Made by a program: the position numbers and the translations under genes. Shown here one piece after another: positions 43,324 through 53,671 of a stretch of 64,000 nucleotides of DNA; the first letter of the stretch is position 1; the number at the start of each line of letters is the position of its first letter. Location of the stretch: positions 2,752,001 to 2,816,000 of the forward strand of contig CBDDPY010000002.1 of NCBI GenBank assembly GCA_965232515.1, written 5' to 3'. The notes under the pieces are model-generated. The model worked only from the letters and a program-made list of their open reading frames with translations, was not told where the DNA came from and made no database searches. The DNA comes from Alphaproteobacteria bacterium (GTDB taxonomy: Bacteria > Pseudomonadota > Alphaproteobacteria > GCA-2731375).

Positions 43324-46227
43324 TCAAAGCGCTTGCCGATTGTTGTCGGGGTCGTAGAACGGCAACGGCACGACCTCGGCCTCGAACATGCGGCCGCCGG
43401 GGCCCTTGATCTGAAAGCGGGATCCGTTTTCGGTCTGGTCCGGCGCCACATAGGCGAGGCCGATGACCCGCCCCAGCATCGCCGACCGGGCGATGGAGGT
43501 GACCCGCCCGACGATGTCGCCGTCGCGGATCACCAAATGGCATTCGCTCGGCAACGGCTCGGCCGTATCGTCCAACGTAAAGCCGACCAGAGACCGGGCC
43601 AGGCCCTTGGCCTCGTGGATCTCGATCGCCCGCTTGCCGACAAAGTAAGGTTTCTTGCGGCTGATCGCCCAGGCCATCGCCGCCTCCGGCGGCGTCGTCA
43701 GGCCGTCGGTGTCCTGGCCAACGATGATGTGTCCCTTCTCCAGCCGCAGCACCCGCTGCGCCTCGACGCCGAACGGCACGATGCCGAAGCCCTTGCCGGC
43801 GGCCCGCAACGCGTCCCACAAGGCCTCGCCCAGACTGGCGCCGACATGGATCTCATAGCCGAGCTCGCCGACGAAACCGACCCGCAGGATGCGCGCCGGC
43901 AGACCGGCGACGATACCCTGCCGGACACCCATATACGGAAACGCCTCGGCCGACAGATCGACGTCGTCGCAAATCGTCTGCAGGACCCGGCGGGCATTGG
44001 GACCCGCGATATTGACGCCGGCATAGGCGGCGGTGACGTTCGCGACGTCGACGTCAAGCCGCCATTGCGCGTTGTGCCAAAGCATCTGGCGGTAGACGCC
44101 GTCGACGCCGCCGGTGGTCGCCGTGACATAGAAATGCCGGTCGTGGAAGCGGCAGGCGACGCCGTCATCGACCACGACACCGGTTCGGTCGGTCATCAGA
44201 ACATAACGCGCGCGGCCGACCGGCTGTTTCAGATAGCCGAAGGTGTACATGCGGTTCAGGAACTCGGCCGCGTCGGGCCCGCGCACGTCGAGGCCGCCGA
44301 GCGTCGAGACATCGATCAGGCCGACATTCTCGCGCACGTTCGCGACCTCGCGGTCGATGCAGGCCGGCCCGTCCTGCCTGGCCCCGTACCAGGCCGGACG
44401 CAGCCAGGCGCCGGCGACCATCATGTGGGCACCGGCGTCGACATGCCGGTGGTGCATGGCCGTGTGGCGTACGGGATGGAAGCCCCGGCCGGCCAGATGG
44501 CCGAATTTTTCGGCCGCGAAGGGTGGTCGCGCCGTGGTGACGCCGATCTCGGACATCGGCCGGCCGGTTTCCTCGGCGACCAGGCGCGCCGTGTTCAGCG
44601 CCGCCGTGCGACCCTGGCTGGGCCCCATGCCGACGGTCGAATAGCGCTTCAACAGCTCGATATGCTCGAAACCGTCAGCCACGCCGTTGCGCAGATCGGC
44701 GACGGTCAGGTCTTCATCGAAGTCGACGAAGTCCTTGCCCTTGCGGTGGCGGAAGATCGGAAAGTCGAAACAGACGTCAGGTGACGCGGCGGGTTCGAGC
44801 GCCGGCGGTACTTCGGCGGCGAAGCCGGCATCCACCGCCGCCTGAGCGCCGGCGCGACGGCCGTCGGCCAGCACCACATCGAGGTCGTAACAGCCGTTGA
44901 CCGAACCGGCCGCGCAGAGATGCGCCGGCACGTCCTCGATCCGGAAGGTATCGGCCTCGGCGTCGAAGCCGGCCCGCGCGCCCGCGTGCAGCAGCAGTTG
45001 CGCCGTCGGCGCGTAGCCGACGCTGAGGCAGAGCAGATCGCAGCGGATAACTTCCTTGGTCTCGGCCCACTCGCCGCGTCCGACGATCGCCGCCAGCTTG
45101 ACGCCGGCCAGGTGATTGCGGTCGGGCCGGGTGCCGGCCTCGCAAACCGTGAGGCCATCGCCGATCCGGATCAGACGATCCCGAACCTCGGCACGCAGCG
45201 GGCACTCCGGTGGCTCCGGCCGCAAATCGAGAACGCCGGACAACTCGACGCCGGCGTCGTCCAGGTCAAGCGCGACGCCGTAGCCATCGCTGTTCGCCGT
45301 AACGACCAGCGCGCGGTTGCCGGGCTTGACGCCATAGAGCCGGATCAGGCGCTGCGCCGCCGATCCCATGACGATGCCGGGCAGGTCGTTGTTGCGGAAC
45401 ACCATCGGCTGCTCGATCGAGCCGGTGGCGGCGACCACCGACGTCGCCCGCAGCTTGGTCATGCGGTTGCCGTGGATCAAAGGCAGCCAGTTGTCGGCGA
45501 ACCAGCCATTCGCCGTCGTCGATGTCATCACGCGGATGTTGCGTTCGGACGCGACGGCGTGGCTCAGTTCCGCGCATTGCTTGCCGGCGCGGCTGCCGTC
45601 GACGTCGAACCGGGCATAGCCGAGACTGCCGCCGAGCGTCGCGTTCTCGTCGATCAGGACGACTTCGGCGCCGGCCCGCGCGGCGTCCAGCGCGGCGCTC
45701 ATGCCGGCGGGGCCGCCGCCAATCACGGCGACATCGGCGAAGGCATAGGCCTTGTCGTAGTAGCCCGCCGGCGCCGCCGGATTGATGCGCCCCAGGCCAG
45801 CGGCGCGGCGGATCAGCTTTTCCCAATGGCGCCAGGCGCCCTTGGGCCGGAAAAATGCCTTGTAGTAGAAGCCGACCGGCAGGAAGCGCGCGACGCTTTC
45901 GATCATCCGGCCACGGTCGCGGGTCAGGCTGCCGAGATAATTTTGCCCGCGGGCTTCGAGGCCCTCATAGATCGGTTGGCGGTCGGCGAGCACGCTGGCC
46001 TCGTCGCCGATCTGCACCAGCGTGTTGGCGTCCTGGCCCGCCATCGTCAGCGGCCCGCGCGGCCGGTGGTACTTGAACGACCGCGACAGCAGCCAGACCC
46101 CGTTCGCCGCCAGGGCCGAGGCCAGAGTGTCGCCCGCGAAGCCCTCGTAGCTCTTGCCCTCGAAGCGGAACGAGATTGGCTCGGTCCGGTCGATGGCCGT
46201 GCCGTAGGCGTCGCCCAGTCGGCTCAT
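43324..46227 (-). CDS. mgdC: N-methylglutamate dehydrogenase / sarcosine oxidase alpha-type subunit
   Basis: 'GDTLASAL', 'SRSFKYHRPRG', 'GGGPAG', 'KRYSTVGMGPSQG' and C-terminal GcvT-like domain. Confidence 0.8.
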   Translation of the reverse strand: MSRLGDAYGTAIDRTEPISFRFEGKSYEGFAGDTLASALAANGVWLLSRSFKYHRPRGPLTMAGQDANTLVQIGDEASVLADRQPIYEGLEARGQNYLGSLTRDRGRMIESVARFLPVGFYYKAFFRPKGAWRHWEKLIRRAAGLGRINPAAPAGYYDKAYAFADVAVIGGGPAGMSAALDAARAGAEVVLIDENATLGGSLGYARFDVDGSRAGKQCAELSHAVASERNIRVMTSTTANGWFADNWLPLIHGNRMTKLRATSVVAATGSIEQPMVFRNNDLPGIVMGSAAQRLIRLYGVKPGNRALVVTANSDGYGVALDLDDAGVELSGVLDLRPEPPECPLRAEVRDRLIRIGDGLTVCEAGTRPDRNHLAGVKLAAIVGRGEWAETKEVIRCDLLCLSVGYAPTAQLLLHAGARAGFDAEADTFRIEDVPAHLCAAGSVNGCYDLDVVLADGRRAGAQAAVDAGFAAEVPPALEPAASPDVCFDFPIFRHRKGKDFVDFDEDLTVADLRNGVADGFEHIELLKRYSTVGMGPSQGRTAALNTARLVAEETGRPMSEIGVTTARPPFAAEKFGHLAGRGFHPVRHTAMHHRHVDAGAHMMVAGAWLRPAWYGARQDGPACIDREVANVRENVGLIDVSTLGGLDVRGPDAAEFLNRMYTFGYLKQPVGRARYVLMTDRTGVVVDDGVACRFHDRHFYVTATTGGVDGVYRQMLWHNAQWRLDVDVANVTAAYAGVNIAGPNARRVLQTICDDVDLSAEAFPYMGVRQGIVAGLPARILRVGFVGELGYEIHVGASLGEALWDALRAAGKGFGIVPFGVEAQRVLRLEKGHIIVGQDTDGLTTPPEAAMAWAISRKKPYFVGKRAIEIHEAKGLARSLVGFTLDDTAEPLPSECHLVIRDGDIVGRVTSIARSAMLGRVIGLAYVAPDQTENGSRFQIKGPGGRMFEAEVVPLPFYDPDNNRQAL

Positions 46228-46505
46228 TCGCCATAGTCCTTGCGGCCGACGAAGAACTCGCTCGAGGGATAGGTGCGCAGGATCTCGTCCGTGCGGGTAT
46301 CGCGCTCGGCGATGAACCAGAAGGACGTCGGCACGTGGAACCACCATTCGCGGACGACGCCGGCGGCGTTGTCGTGCAGGAACAGATAGTCCGCCCACGC
46401 GCCCTCATCGGCGGTCGCGGGATCCGGTTCGTGGACCACTTCGCCGCCGCAGACGAACTCCGAGATGTTTCGGGGGCCGTTCAATGGGCAGCGCATGGTC
46501 TTCAT
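46224..46505 (-). CDS. mgdB: N-methylglutamate dehydrogenase / sarcosine oxidase delta-type subunit
   Basis: 'MKTMRCPLNGPRNISEF', 'EWWFH' and 'ERDT'; C-terminal part of the 46224..47300 ORF. Confidence 0.78.
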   Translation of the reverse strand: MKTMRCPLNGPRNISEFVCGGEVVHEPDPATADEGAWADYLFLHDNAAGVVREWWFHVPTSFWFIAERDTRTDEILRTYPSSEFFVGRKDYGE

Positions 46506-46516
46506 CGCGACCGCCT

Positions 46517-47758
46517 TTAATGCCCGACCGACGCCGCGCCCTTTTCGCCCAACTGGACGAAATCCTGAAAGCGCGTCAGACGGAAGGGTTCGAGCATCTC
46601 CGGCACGTTGCCGTTGGCGACGGTCTCGGCCATACGCTTGCCGCAGACCGGCGTCGCCTTGAAACCCCAGGTGCCCCAGCCGGCGTCGATGAAATAGTTC
46701 TCGACCGGCGTCAGGCCCATGACCGGCGCGAAGTCGGGCGTCATGTCCGCCATGCCTGCCCATTGCCGCAGCACTTTGGCCTCGGACAGGAACGGGAACA
46801 GCTCCAGCATGTCGGCCATCAGGGTTTCCTTGAACTCCAGCGTCGACCGGGTGCTGTAGAGCGAATAGGGGTCGGTGGCGCCGCCCATGACAAGCTCTCC
46901 GCGCGGAGTCTGCGAGACGTAGACATGCAGGCTGCCGGAAACGATGACCGGATCGAGAAACGGCTTCAGTGGCTGCGACACGCAGGCCTGGAGCGGGATC
47001 GTCCGGATCGGCAGCTTGAAGCCCGCCATCGCCGCCAACAGGGAACTGGAACCGGCCACGGCCTGCACGACACGGTCGGCGGCCACCGGACCGCGCGTGG
47101 TCTCGACGCCCGTCACGCGCCCATTGCTTTGCCGGATGCCCGTCACTTCGGTGCGCTGGTGGATCTCGACGCCCTGGTTCGCGGCTTCCCGGGCATAGGC
47201 CCAGGCGACCGCGTCGTGGCGGGCGATCGCGCCCGGCGCGTGATAGAGCGCGCCCAGGATCGGATAGCGCACGTCGTCCGACAGGTTCAGCGGCAGGCAA
47301 AGCCGGGCGATGTCGTCCGGGAAGATCAACTCGGAATCGACGCCCAGATGCTTGTTGACCTCGGCCCGCCAGCGCATGGTCCGGAGCGCCGCGTCGGTGT
47401 GCGCGAGCGTCAGATGCCCGCGCTCCGAATAAAGGATGTTGTAGTCGAGGTCATTCGAGAAGGTCTGGAACAGCCGGACCGATTCGTCATAGAAGCGGAC
47501 GCCCTCGGGCGTCAGATAATTCGACCGGATAATCGCGGTGTTGCGCGCCGTGTTGCCGCCGGCCAGGTAACCCTTGTCGAGCACGCAGACATCGGTGATG
47601 CCCCAGTCCCGAGCCAGATAGTAGGCCGTCGCCAGGCCATGGCCGCCGGCGCCGATCACGACGACGTCGTAGGCGGATTTCAGGTCCTTTTCGGCCGGAA
47701 ACTGCCGCCGGGCCGGGTAGCGCGGCAGAAATCCGTATTTCAGCAGGCCGAAGGGCAT
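46517..47758 (-). CDS. mgdA: N-methylglutamate dehydrogenase / sarcosine oxidase beta-type FAD subunit
   Basis: 'MPFGLLKYG', 'GAGGHGLA', 'GGNTARNT' and 'GWGTWGFKATP'. Confidence 0.8.
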   Translation of the reverse strand: MPFGLLKYGFLPRYPARRQFPAEKDLKSAYDVVVIGAGGHGLATAYYLARDWGITDVCVLDKGYLAGGNTARNTAIIRSNYLTPEGVRFYDESVRLFQTFSNDLDYNILYSERGHLTLAHTDAALRTMRWRAEVNKHLGVDSELIFPDDIARLCLPLNLSDDVRYPILGALYHAPGAIARHDAVAWAYAREAANQGVEIHQRTEVTGIRQSNGRVTGVETTRGPVAADRVVQAVAGSSSLLAAMAGFKLPIRTIPLQACVSQPLKPFLDPVIVSGSLHVYVSQTPRGELVMGGATDPYSLYSTRSTLEFKETLMADMLELFPFLSEAKVLRQWAGMADMTPDFAPVMGLTPVENYFIDAGWGTWGFKATPVCGKRMAETVANGNVPEMLEPFRLTRFQDFVQLGEKGAASVGH

Positions 47759-48052
47759 GGGCGGGGACCGTCGTGTGACGTCATGGTGACAACATATCCA
47801 GCGACTATCACGGCAGAAAACTGCATTTCTGTCGATAGAGCGTCGCATTCTTGCGATTTTGCGCCGCAAGTCATTGACAAAGAAGGCATTTGCGAAATCG
47901 AGCGTGCGCATCAAGGTAAAAGAACAAATCAGGAAAACCGTCGCGATTCAGAGTGTATTAGGATTGGCATGCGATGGTTGAGTTACTGCGGCAATCGCCC
48001 CGGCATACGTGATAATCAACTTTTTGTTGTATTTATCGCGGTTTTTACGAAC

Positions 48053-48583
48053 ATGACTTTTTACGACGACAGCATCTCGCAGGGCACCGAGGACGAACGC
48101 CTGCCGCTCTCGGCGTTGAAGGACGAGAGCATGCAGGCCGTGCTCGCCTATTGGGAAGCGAAGCGCGGCGACAGCGTCATGCCGCCCCGCGCCGCGATCA
48201 GACCCGAGGAAATCGGCGGGGCGCTCGGCCGCGTGAATCTGATCGAAGTGACGCATGAGCCGCTCCGCTTCCGGTTCCGGCTGATCGGCACGCACGTGGT
48301 GCAATCGTTCGGCCTTGACCCGACGGGTCTGACCGTCGAAGAGCTGTCACCGCCCGATTATGCCGAACTGCTGATCCGCCACTTTACCGAGGCCGTGGCG
48401 GCGCGGGAGCCGCTGCTGCACGTCATGCGATTTCTGGAAATTCGCCAGGCCCACGAAATGCACCGGCTGAGCCTGCCGTTGTCGGACGATGGCGGCAACG
48501 TCGACATGCTGATGACGGTGTCAGGCTTCGGTCCCGAACTGCAGCGCTTCCGCGAGCGGCAACGCGCGGCCGGCGAAATTTGA
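48053..48583 (+). CDS. PAS_5 (DUF1457-like) single-domain protein
   Basis: 'LAYWEAKRG..MPPRAAI.P', 'FRFRLIGT' and 'LPLSDDG..VDM'. Confidence 0.8.
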   Translation: MTFYDDSISQGTEDERLPLSALKDESMQAVLAYWEAKRGDSVMPPRAAIRPEEIGGALGRVNLIEVTHEPLRFRFRLIGTHVVQSFGLDPTGLTVEELSPPDYAELLIRHFTEAVAAREPLLHVMRFLEIRQAHEMHRLSLPLSDDGGNVDMLMTVSGFGPELQRFRERQRAAGEI

Positions 48584-48624
48584 GACCATCGGCCATAAAG
48601 GCCGTATCCCGAGCGTTGGGATAA

Positions 48625-49866
48625 TCAGCTTTGATCGCGCCCGGTGATCAACCGGGCCCCCCGTTCAAACTTCAGATAGGCCCAGAACCAGTTGATCGCG
48701 ACGATCAATCGGCTGCGCATGCCGATCAGAAAATAGATGTGGGCAAAGCCCCACAGCCACCAGGCCAGCCAGCCCCGCAACCGCAGGAACCGGTAGTGGA
48801 TGACAGCGGATGTCCGGCCGATGGTGGCGAGGCTGCCGCGGTCGCGATACCGGAACGGCGGCGACGCGGGCCGCCCGGCCACGCGGGCGGCGATCAGGCG
48901 GCCGACATAACTGCCCTGCTGTTTCGCCACCGGCGCGATACCCGGCAACGCGTCGCCCGAGGCGAGCGCCGCCGTGTCGCCGATGACAAAGATCTCGTCG
49001 TGCGACGGTACCGACAGATCTGGCCGGACCAGCACGCGGCCGACCCGATCGGCGTCGGCGTGCAACCAGGCCGCCGCCGGCGAGGCCGCGACGCCAGCGG
49101 CCCAGAGCACGGTTTCGGCCGGAATCCGCTCACCGTCGACTTCCACGCCGAACTCGTCGCACAAACCGACGGGCGCGCCGAAGCGGAGCTCGACGCCGAG
49201 CCGCTCGAGCGATCTGGCGGCGAAGGCCGACAGCGATCCCGGAAACGCGGCCAGAACGCGGTCGCCGGCCTCCACCAGGACAACGCGCGCCTGGCGCGGA
49301 TCGATGTTGCGGAAATCGGCGGCCAACGCCTTGTTGGCCAGTTCGGCGATCGCGCCGGCAAGCTCGACGCCGGTCGGCCCGGCGCCGACGATGACGAAGG
49401 TCAATAGCCGTTGCCGTTCGGCCTCGTCCGCCGTCGTCTCCGCCCGCTCGAACGCCAGCAAAATGCGGCGCCGAATGGCGGTGGCGTCCTCGATGCGTTT
49501 CAGACCCGGCGCGAACGCGGCCCATTCATCATGTCCGAAATAGGCATGCTGGGCGCCGGTGGCGAGGACGAGAAAATCGTAGGGCTCGCGCCGCCCGTCG
49601 AACAGGACGTCGCGGGCCGCCGTGTCGACGCCGTCGACCTCGCCCAGCAGGACCCGGCAGTTCCGTTGCCCCCTGACCAGCCGCCGGATCGGCCAGGCGA
49701 TGTCGGCGGGCGACAGACCGGCCGTCGCGACCTGGTAGAGCAACGGCTGAAACAGATGATAGTTGCGACGATCGATGATGGTCAGCTCGACATCGGCGCG
49801 CGCCAGCGCGGCGGCAACCGACAGGCCGCCAAACCCGGCGCCGACCACGACCACCTTCGCCGTCAT
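48625..49866 (-). CDS. ndh: type II NADH dehydrogenase-like FAD oxidoreductase
   Basis: 'GAGFGG', 'HLFQPLLYQVAT', 'GAGPTGVELAG' and 'WAAGV'. Confidence 0.88.
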   Translation of the reverse strand: MTAKVVVVGAGFGGLSVAAALARADVELTIIDRRNYHLFQPLLYQVATAGLSPADIAWPIRRLVRGQRNCRVLLGEVDGVDTAARDVLFDGRREPYDFLVLATGAQHAYFGHDEWAAFAPGLKRIEDATAIRRRILLAFERAETTADEAERQRLLTFVIVGAGPTGVELAGAIAELANKALAADFRNIDPRQARVVLVEAGDRVLAAFPGSLSAFAARSLERLGVELRFGAPVGLCDEFGVEVDGERIPAETVLWAAGVAASPAAAWLHADADRVGRVLVRPDLSVPSHDEIFVIGDTAALASGDALPGIAPVAKQQGSYVGRLIAARVAGRPASPPFRYRDRGSLATIGRTSAVIHYRFLRLRGWLAWWLWGFAHIYFLIGMRSRLIVAINWFWAYLKFERGARLITGRDQS

Positions 49867-49920
49867 CCGACACCCACAGGCAGCTTCACCCGGTTCCGCC
49901 CCCGGCGCGCCGCCTGCCCG

Positions 49921-50721
49921 TCAGCTGCCCTTGAATTCCGGCTTGCGCTTCTCAAAGAAAGCTTCGACGGCCTCGGCGTGGTCGGCGGTGTGGTGCGCCA
50001 GCGCCTGGTAGGCGGCCGACATCTGCAGCACGGTGTCGAGGCGCGCATGCTGGCTCTCGCGCATCAGCCGCTTGGCCATGCGCAGCGCGTGCGGCGGATT
50101 GGCGGCGATGCGTCCTGCCAGCGCGCGGGCTTCCGGCATCAGCTCATCCGGCGCCACGACCTTCGAGACCAGACCGCAGGCCAACGCCTCCTGGGCATCG
50201 ATCTGATCGCCGGTGAAGGTCATCTCGGCGGCTTTCGAAACGCCGACAACCTTCTGCAGCAGGAAGGCGCCGCCATCGCCCGGTATGATTCCGAGCCGGA
50301 CGAAGCTCTCGGCAAAGCGGGCCTTCTCGGAGGCGATCCTGATGTCGCACATGCAGGTCAGGTCGCAGCCGGCGCCGATGGCGGGGCCGTTGACGGCCGC
50401 GATCGTCGGCACTTCCAGCTCGTAGAGCGCGAGCGGGATGTGCTGGATGCCGTTGCGGTAGAACTCGCGCGCCTGGAACGGGGTCCAGTGGCCGCCGCTC
50501 GCCCGTTCGCGCATGCCCTTGACGTTGCCGCCGGCACAGAAGGCCGGCCCGGCGCCGGTCAGCACCACGGCGCGCACGCTCATGTCGGCGTTGATCCGCT
50601 GGCAGACCTCGACGAACTCGGCATACTGGCCGTCGTAGGACAGCGCGTTCCGGCTTTCCGGCGCGTTCATGGTCAGCGTGACGACATGCTCGTCCTGCTC
50701 GTAAATCAGAAAATCACCCAA
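49921..50721 (-). CDS. enoyl-CoA hydratase/isomerase (crotonase) family protein
   Basis: 'AFCAGG', 'AAVNGPAIGAG' and 'DIRIAS'; TTG start with GGAGG RBS. Confidence 0.9.
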   Translation of the reverse strand: MGDFLIYEQDEHVVTLTMNAPESRNALSYDGQYAEFVEVCQRINADMSVRAVVLTGAGPAFCAGGNVKGMRERASGGHWTPFQAREFYRNGIQHIPLALYELEVPTIAAVNGPAIGAGCDLTCMCDIRIASEKARFAESFVRLGIIPGDGGAFLLQKVVGVSKAAEMTFTGDQIDAQEALACGLVSKVVAPDELMPEARALAGRIAANPPHALRMAKRLMRESQHARLDTVLQMSAAYQALAHHTADHAEAVEAFFEKRKPEFKGS

Positions 50722-50746
50722 GATTCAGCTCCTCCCAAACCGCCGT

Positions 50747-51247
50747 CTATCCGTCGTCCAGGCTGAACGAGGCCAGCAGCAGCATATTGACGGTTGCGCC
50801 GTCCTCCGACAACGGACAGCAAATGCGGATGTAGCGATAGGCGCCGTCGGCGCTCTGCGAGCGCACCTCATGCACCACAGGCGCGCGTTCGGCCACGGCC
50901 TCGCTATAATGCGCGATCAAGATATCCCGCTGGGCCTCCGGCTCGATCTCGTCGACCCATTGTCCGGTATTGTCGTGCCCGACGACGCGCGCGACGCCCG
51001 TCCCGACCAGTCGGAACCGGTAGCGCAGGGGATCGTGCGACACGTCCACAAGCGATATGCGGTCGAGATTGCCGCGCAGCGCCGTCGGCTCGATGTCGGC
51101 GCGGCGCGGCATCTCGGCGCCATGCCGCTGTTCCCGCCAATAAGATACGACGGCCAGAATACGGCCGTCCGCAACGTCATCCAACGGCACTCGCGTCGCG
51201 CCTGTGATCTCGGCCAGCGGCGCGTGTTTGTTGTCACCGCCGATCAT
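50747..51247 (-). CDS. PAS_5 (DUF1457-like) single-domain protein
   Basis: 'YWREQRHGAEMPRRADIEP', 'YRFRLVGT' and 'PLSEDG..VNM'. Confidence 0.8.
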   Translation of the reverse strand: MIGGDNKHAPLAEITGATRVPLDDVADGRILAVVSYWREQRHGAEMPRRADIEPTALRGNLDRISLVDVSHDPLRYRFRLVGTGVARVVGHDNTGQWVDEIEPEAQRDILIAHYSEAVAERAPVVHEVRSQSADGAYRYIRICCPLSEDGATVNMLLLASFSLDDG

Positions 51248-51274
51248 CGGTATGGACCCCTTTATGGAGCCGGC

Positions 51275-52810
51275 CTAAATCGTGCGGCCGGCGTCGCGCC
51301 AGTACGGCTCGCGCAGCTTGCGTTTGAAGATCTTGCCCGAGTCCTCCCGCGGCAGCGCGGCGCTGAACTCGATCAGCTTCGGCAGCTTGTAGTTGGCAAG
51401 CCGTTCTCGCAGGAATGCCCGCACCGCGGCCTCATCCAGCGTCACGCCCGACTCGGTTTCGACATGCGCGCACAGGCTCTCGCCGAACTCGTCGTCGGGG
51501 ATGCCGAACACGGCGCAGTCGTGCACACCGGGCATGGCGATCAGCTCGGCCTCGATCTCGGCCGGATAGATGTTCACGCCGCCCGAGATCACCATGTCGC
51601 GCTTGCGATCACACAGAAACAGATAGCCGTCGTCGTCCAGATAGCCGACATCGCCGACCGTCACCAAACCGTCCCGCTCGACCTCCTGCCGCTTGCCGTC
51701 AAGACCGTGATAGGTGAAGGCGGGATAGGCGTCGAGCTGCAGGTAGACCTCGCCGATCTCGCCCGCCGGCAACGCCTTGCCGTCGTCGTCGTAGATCCTG
51801 ACCTCGCCGCCCTCGATCACGCGGCCGACGGTGCCGGGCTTGGCCAGCGCCTCGTGGCTGTCGTGGAAGACGACGGCGCCGGTCTCGGTCGCGCCGTAAT
51901 ACTCGACGATGACCGGCCCCCACCATTCGATCATCGCCCGCTTGACCTCGGCCGGACACGGCGCGGCCGCATGCACAACCCATTTCAGCGACGACAGGTC
52001 GTACTTCCGCTTGACCGCGTCCGGCAGCTTCAGCAGACGCACGAACATGGTCGGCACCATGTGCAAGTGCGTGATCCTGTGGCGCTCGATCAACGCCAGA
52101 AGCTGCTCGGCGTCGAAGCGCGGCTGCAGCACGACGAAGCCGCCGTCGCGGGCCGCGGCGAGGCCATAGGCATTGGGCGCGGAGTGGTACATCGGGCCGG
52201 TGATGACGGTGCGCATCTTGCCGCCGGGCCGGATGTCGAAGACGCGGCCGACCATGCGGCCGATGGCATCGATGTTCGCTTGCGTCGGCGGCGCCCGGCG
52301 CACGCCCTTCGGCCGGCCGGTCGTGCCGGAGGTATAGATCATGCTGGTCCGGGCCAGCTTTGGCGGCTCGGCGCGCGGCGCCTGCGCCTCGACCCACCCG
52401 TCCCAGGCTTTCGCGTCAGGCGGCAGCGTCACATCGGTGTCGCCGATGCCGTAGGCATTCCGGATTTCCGGCGGCGTCTCGACGACGAAGACATGAGTCC
52501 CGGCAGGAATGCCGTCGGCCACGCCAGGCAACAGATCGGCGTGAACGACCAGCGCTTTCGCGCCGCAGTCGCGCAGGATGTAGCCGGCCTCGTCGGCCTT
52601 GAAGTGCCAGTTGACGGGCACCGCGTAGGCGCCGACCGCCGCCGCCGCCATCGAGGCCTCGAAAAAGGCGATATCGTTGCGCAGTATCAGCGCCACGGCA
52701 TCGTTGTCGCCAATCCCCAGCGCCTCGAACCCGCCCGCCGCCAGAGCGATCCGCCGCTCCAGCGCCGCCTGCTTCTCCTCGCGCTCACCACTGATAATCA
52801 CGCCGTCCAT
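51275..52810 (-). CDS. acyl-CoA synthetase (AMP-binding)
   Basis: 'YTSGTTGRPKG', 'YYGATE', 'GDVGYLD' and 'SGKIFKR'. Confidence 0.93.
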   Translation of the reverse strand: MDGVIISGEREEKQAALERRIALAAGGFEALGIGDNDAVALILRNDIAFFEASMAAAAVGAYAVPVNWHFKADEAGYILRDCGAKALVVHADLLPGVADGIPAGTHVFVVETPPEIRNAYGIGDTDVTLPPDAKAWDGWVEAQAPRAEPPKLARTSMIYTSGTTGRPKGVRRAPPTQANIDAIGRMVGRVFDIRPGGKMRTVITGPMYHSAPNAYGLAAARDGGFVVLQPRFDAEQLLALIERHRITHLHMVPTMFVRLLKLPDAVKRKYDLSSLKWVVHAAAPCPAEVKRAMIEWWGPVIVEYYGATETGAVVFHDSHEALAKPGTVGRVIEGGEVRIYDDDGKALPAGEIGEVYLQLDAYPAFTYHGLDGKRQEVERDGLVTVGDVGYLDDDGYLFLCDRKRDMVISGGVNIYPAEIEAELIAMPGVHDCAVFGIPDDEFGESLCAHVETESGVTLDEAAVRAFLRERLANYKLPKLIEFSAALPREDSGKIFKRKLREPYWRDAGRTI

Positions 52811-52990
52811 ACGTTTCGTCCCACAAAACTGACCATTGTCCCGTTATCGCGATGGTAGCGCAGGCCCGCGCGCGGCTCCACACGCCATATCCCTTGCAAG
52901 CCGCACAGATTAGCGATTCGCCGGGCGATTAATCACGGCTACCATGCCGGCTGACCGCTATCGACCGGACCCGAACAAAGGAGCGACATC

Positions 52991-53284
52991 ATGCCCGCTG
53001 CGTATCTCATCGCCCAGATCGACATCACCGATGAAGAAACCTACGCCAGGTATCGCGAGCAGGTGCCGGCGACGGTCGCACAATACGGCGGCGAATACCT
53101 GACGCGCGGCGGCCGCTTCGATAGCCTGGAAGGCGCCGCGCCGCCCCCACGCACGGTGATCCTGAAGTTCCCGAGCTTCGAGCAGGCCAAGGCCTGGTAC
53201 GACTCGGACGAATATGCCGGTCCGAAAGCCGTCAGGCAGTCGGCGTCGACGGGCAACGTGATCCTGGTCGAAGGCGTGGACTGA
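52991..53284 (+). CDS. DUF1330 domain protein
   Basis: 'YGGEYLTRGG', 'FPSFEQAKAWYDSDEY' and 'LVEG'; AAGGAG RBS. Confidence 0.88.
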   Translation: MPAAYLIAQIDITDEETYARYREQVPATVAQYGGEYLTRGGRFDSLEGAAPPPRTVILKFPSFEQAKAWYDSDEYAGPKAVRQSASTGNVILVEGVD

Positions 53285-53293
53285 GCCGGACGG

Positions 53294-53671
53294 CTATTTT
53301 TGTCGCCAGTTGCCGGCTTCGTCGAGGAACCAGGTGCCGGCGGGGGCCTGCTGCATAATCTGCTGGGCGTAGACGCGGCCGACCTGATCGGGCGACACGC
53401 CCTGTTGCTTGGCGCGGTCGGCGTAGATCTTGCCGCGCTTGGCGTTGACCTCGTTGATGACGCCCTGCGGCGCACCGCCCTGCCGCGCCACCAGGAGGCC
53501 GTCGAACCGCTCGCCGACGACGCCCGACGCGCGCAGCTGATCCAGCGACTGCGCCAGCGCGCCGCCAATCGACAAGGGCGCCAGCATCACGCCGGCCGCG
53601 AGCAGCAGCGCGCCCAGCCAACGTCGGCGCGCGGCGACCAAGTTCCGTCTGTCAGTTCGTAAACCTGTCAT
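53294..53671 (-). CDS. ydbL: YdbL (DUF1318) family protein
   Basis: Signal peptide; 'GVVGERFDG', 'VNAKR..IY' and 'G.W..K'; follows ynbE. Confidence 0.8.
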   Translation of the reverse strand: MTGLRTDRRNLVAARRRWLGALLLAAGVMLAPLSIGGALAQSLDQLRASGVVGERFDGLLVARQGGAPQGVINEVNAKRGKIYADRAKQQGVSPDQVGRVYAQQIMQQAPAGTWFLDEAGNWRQK

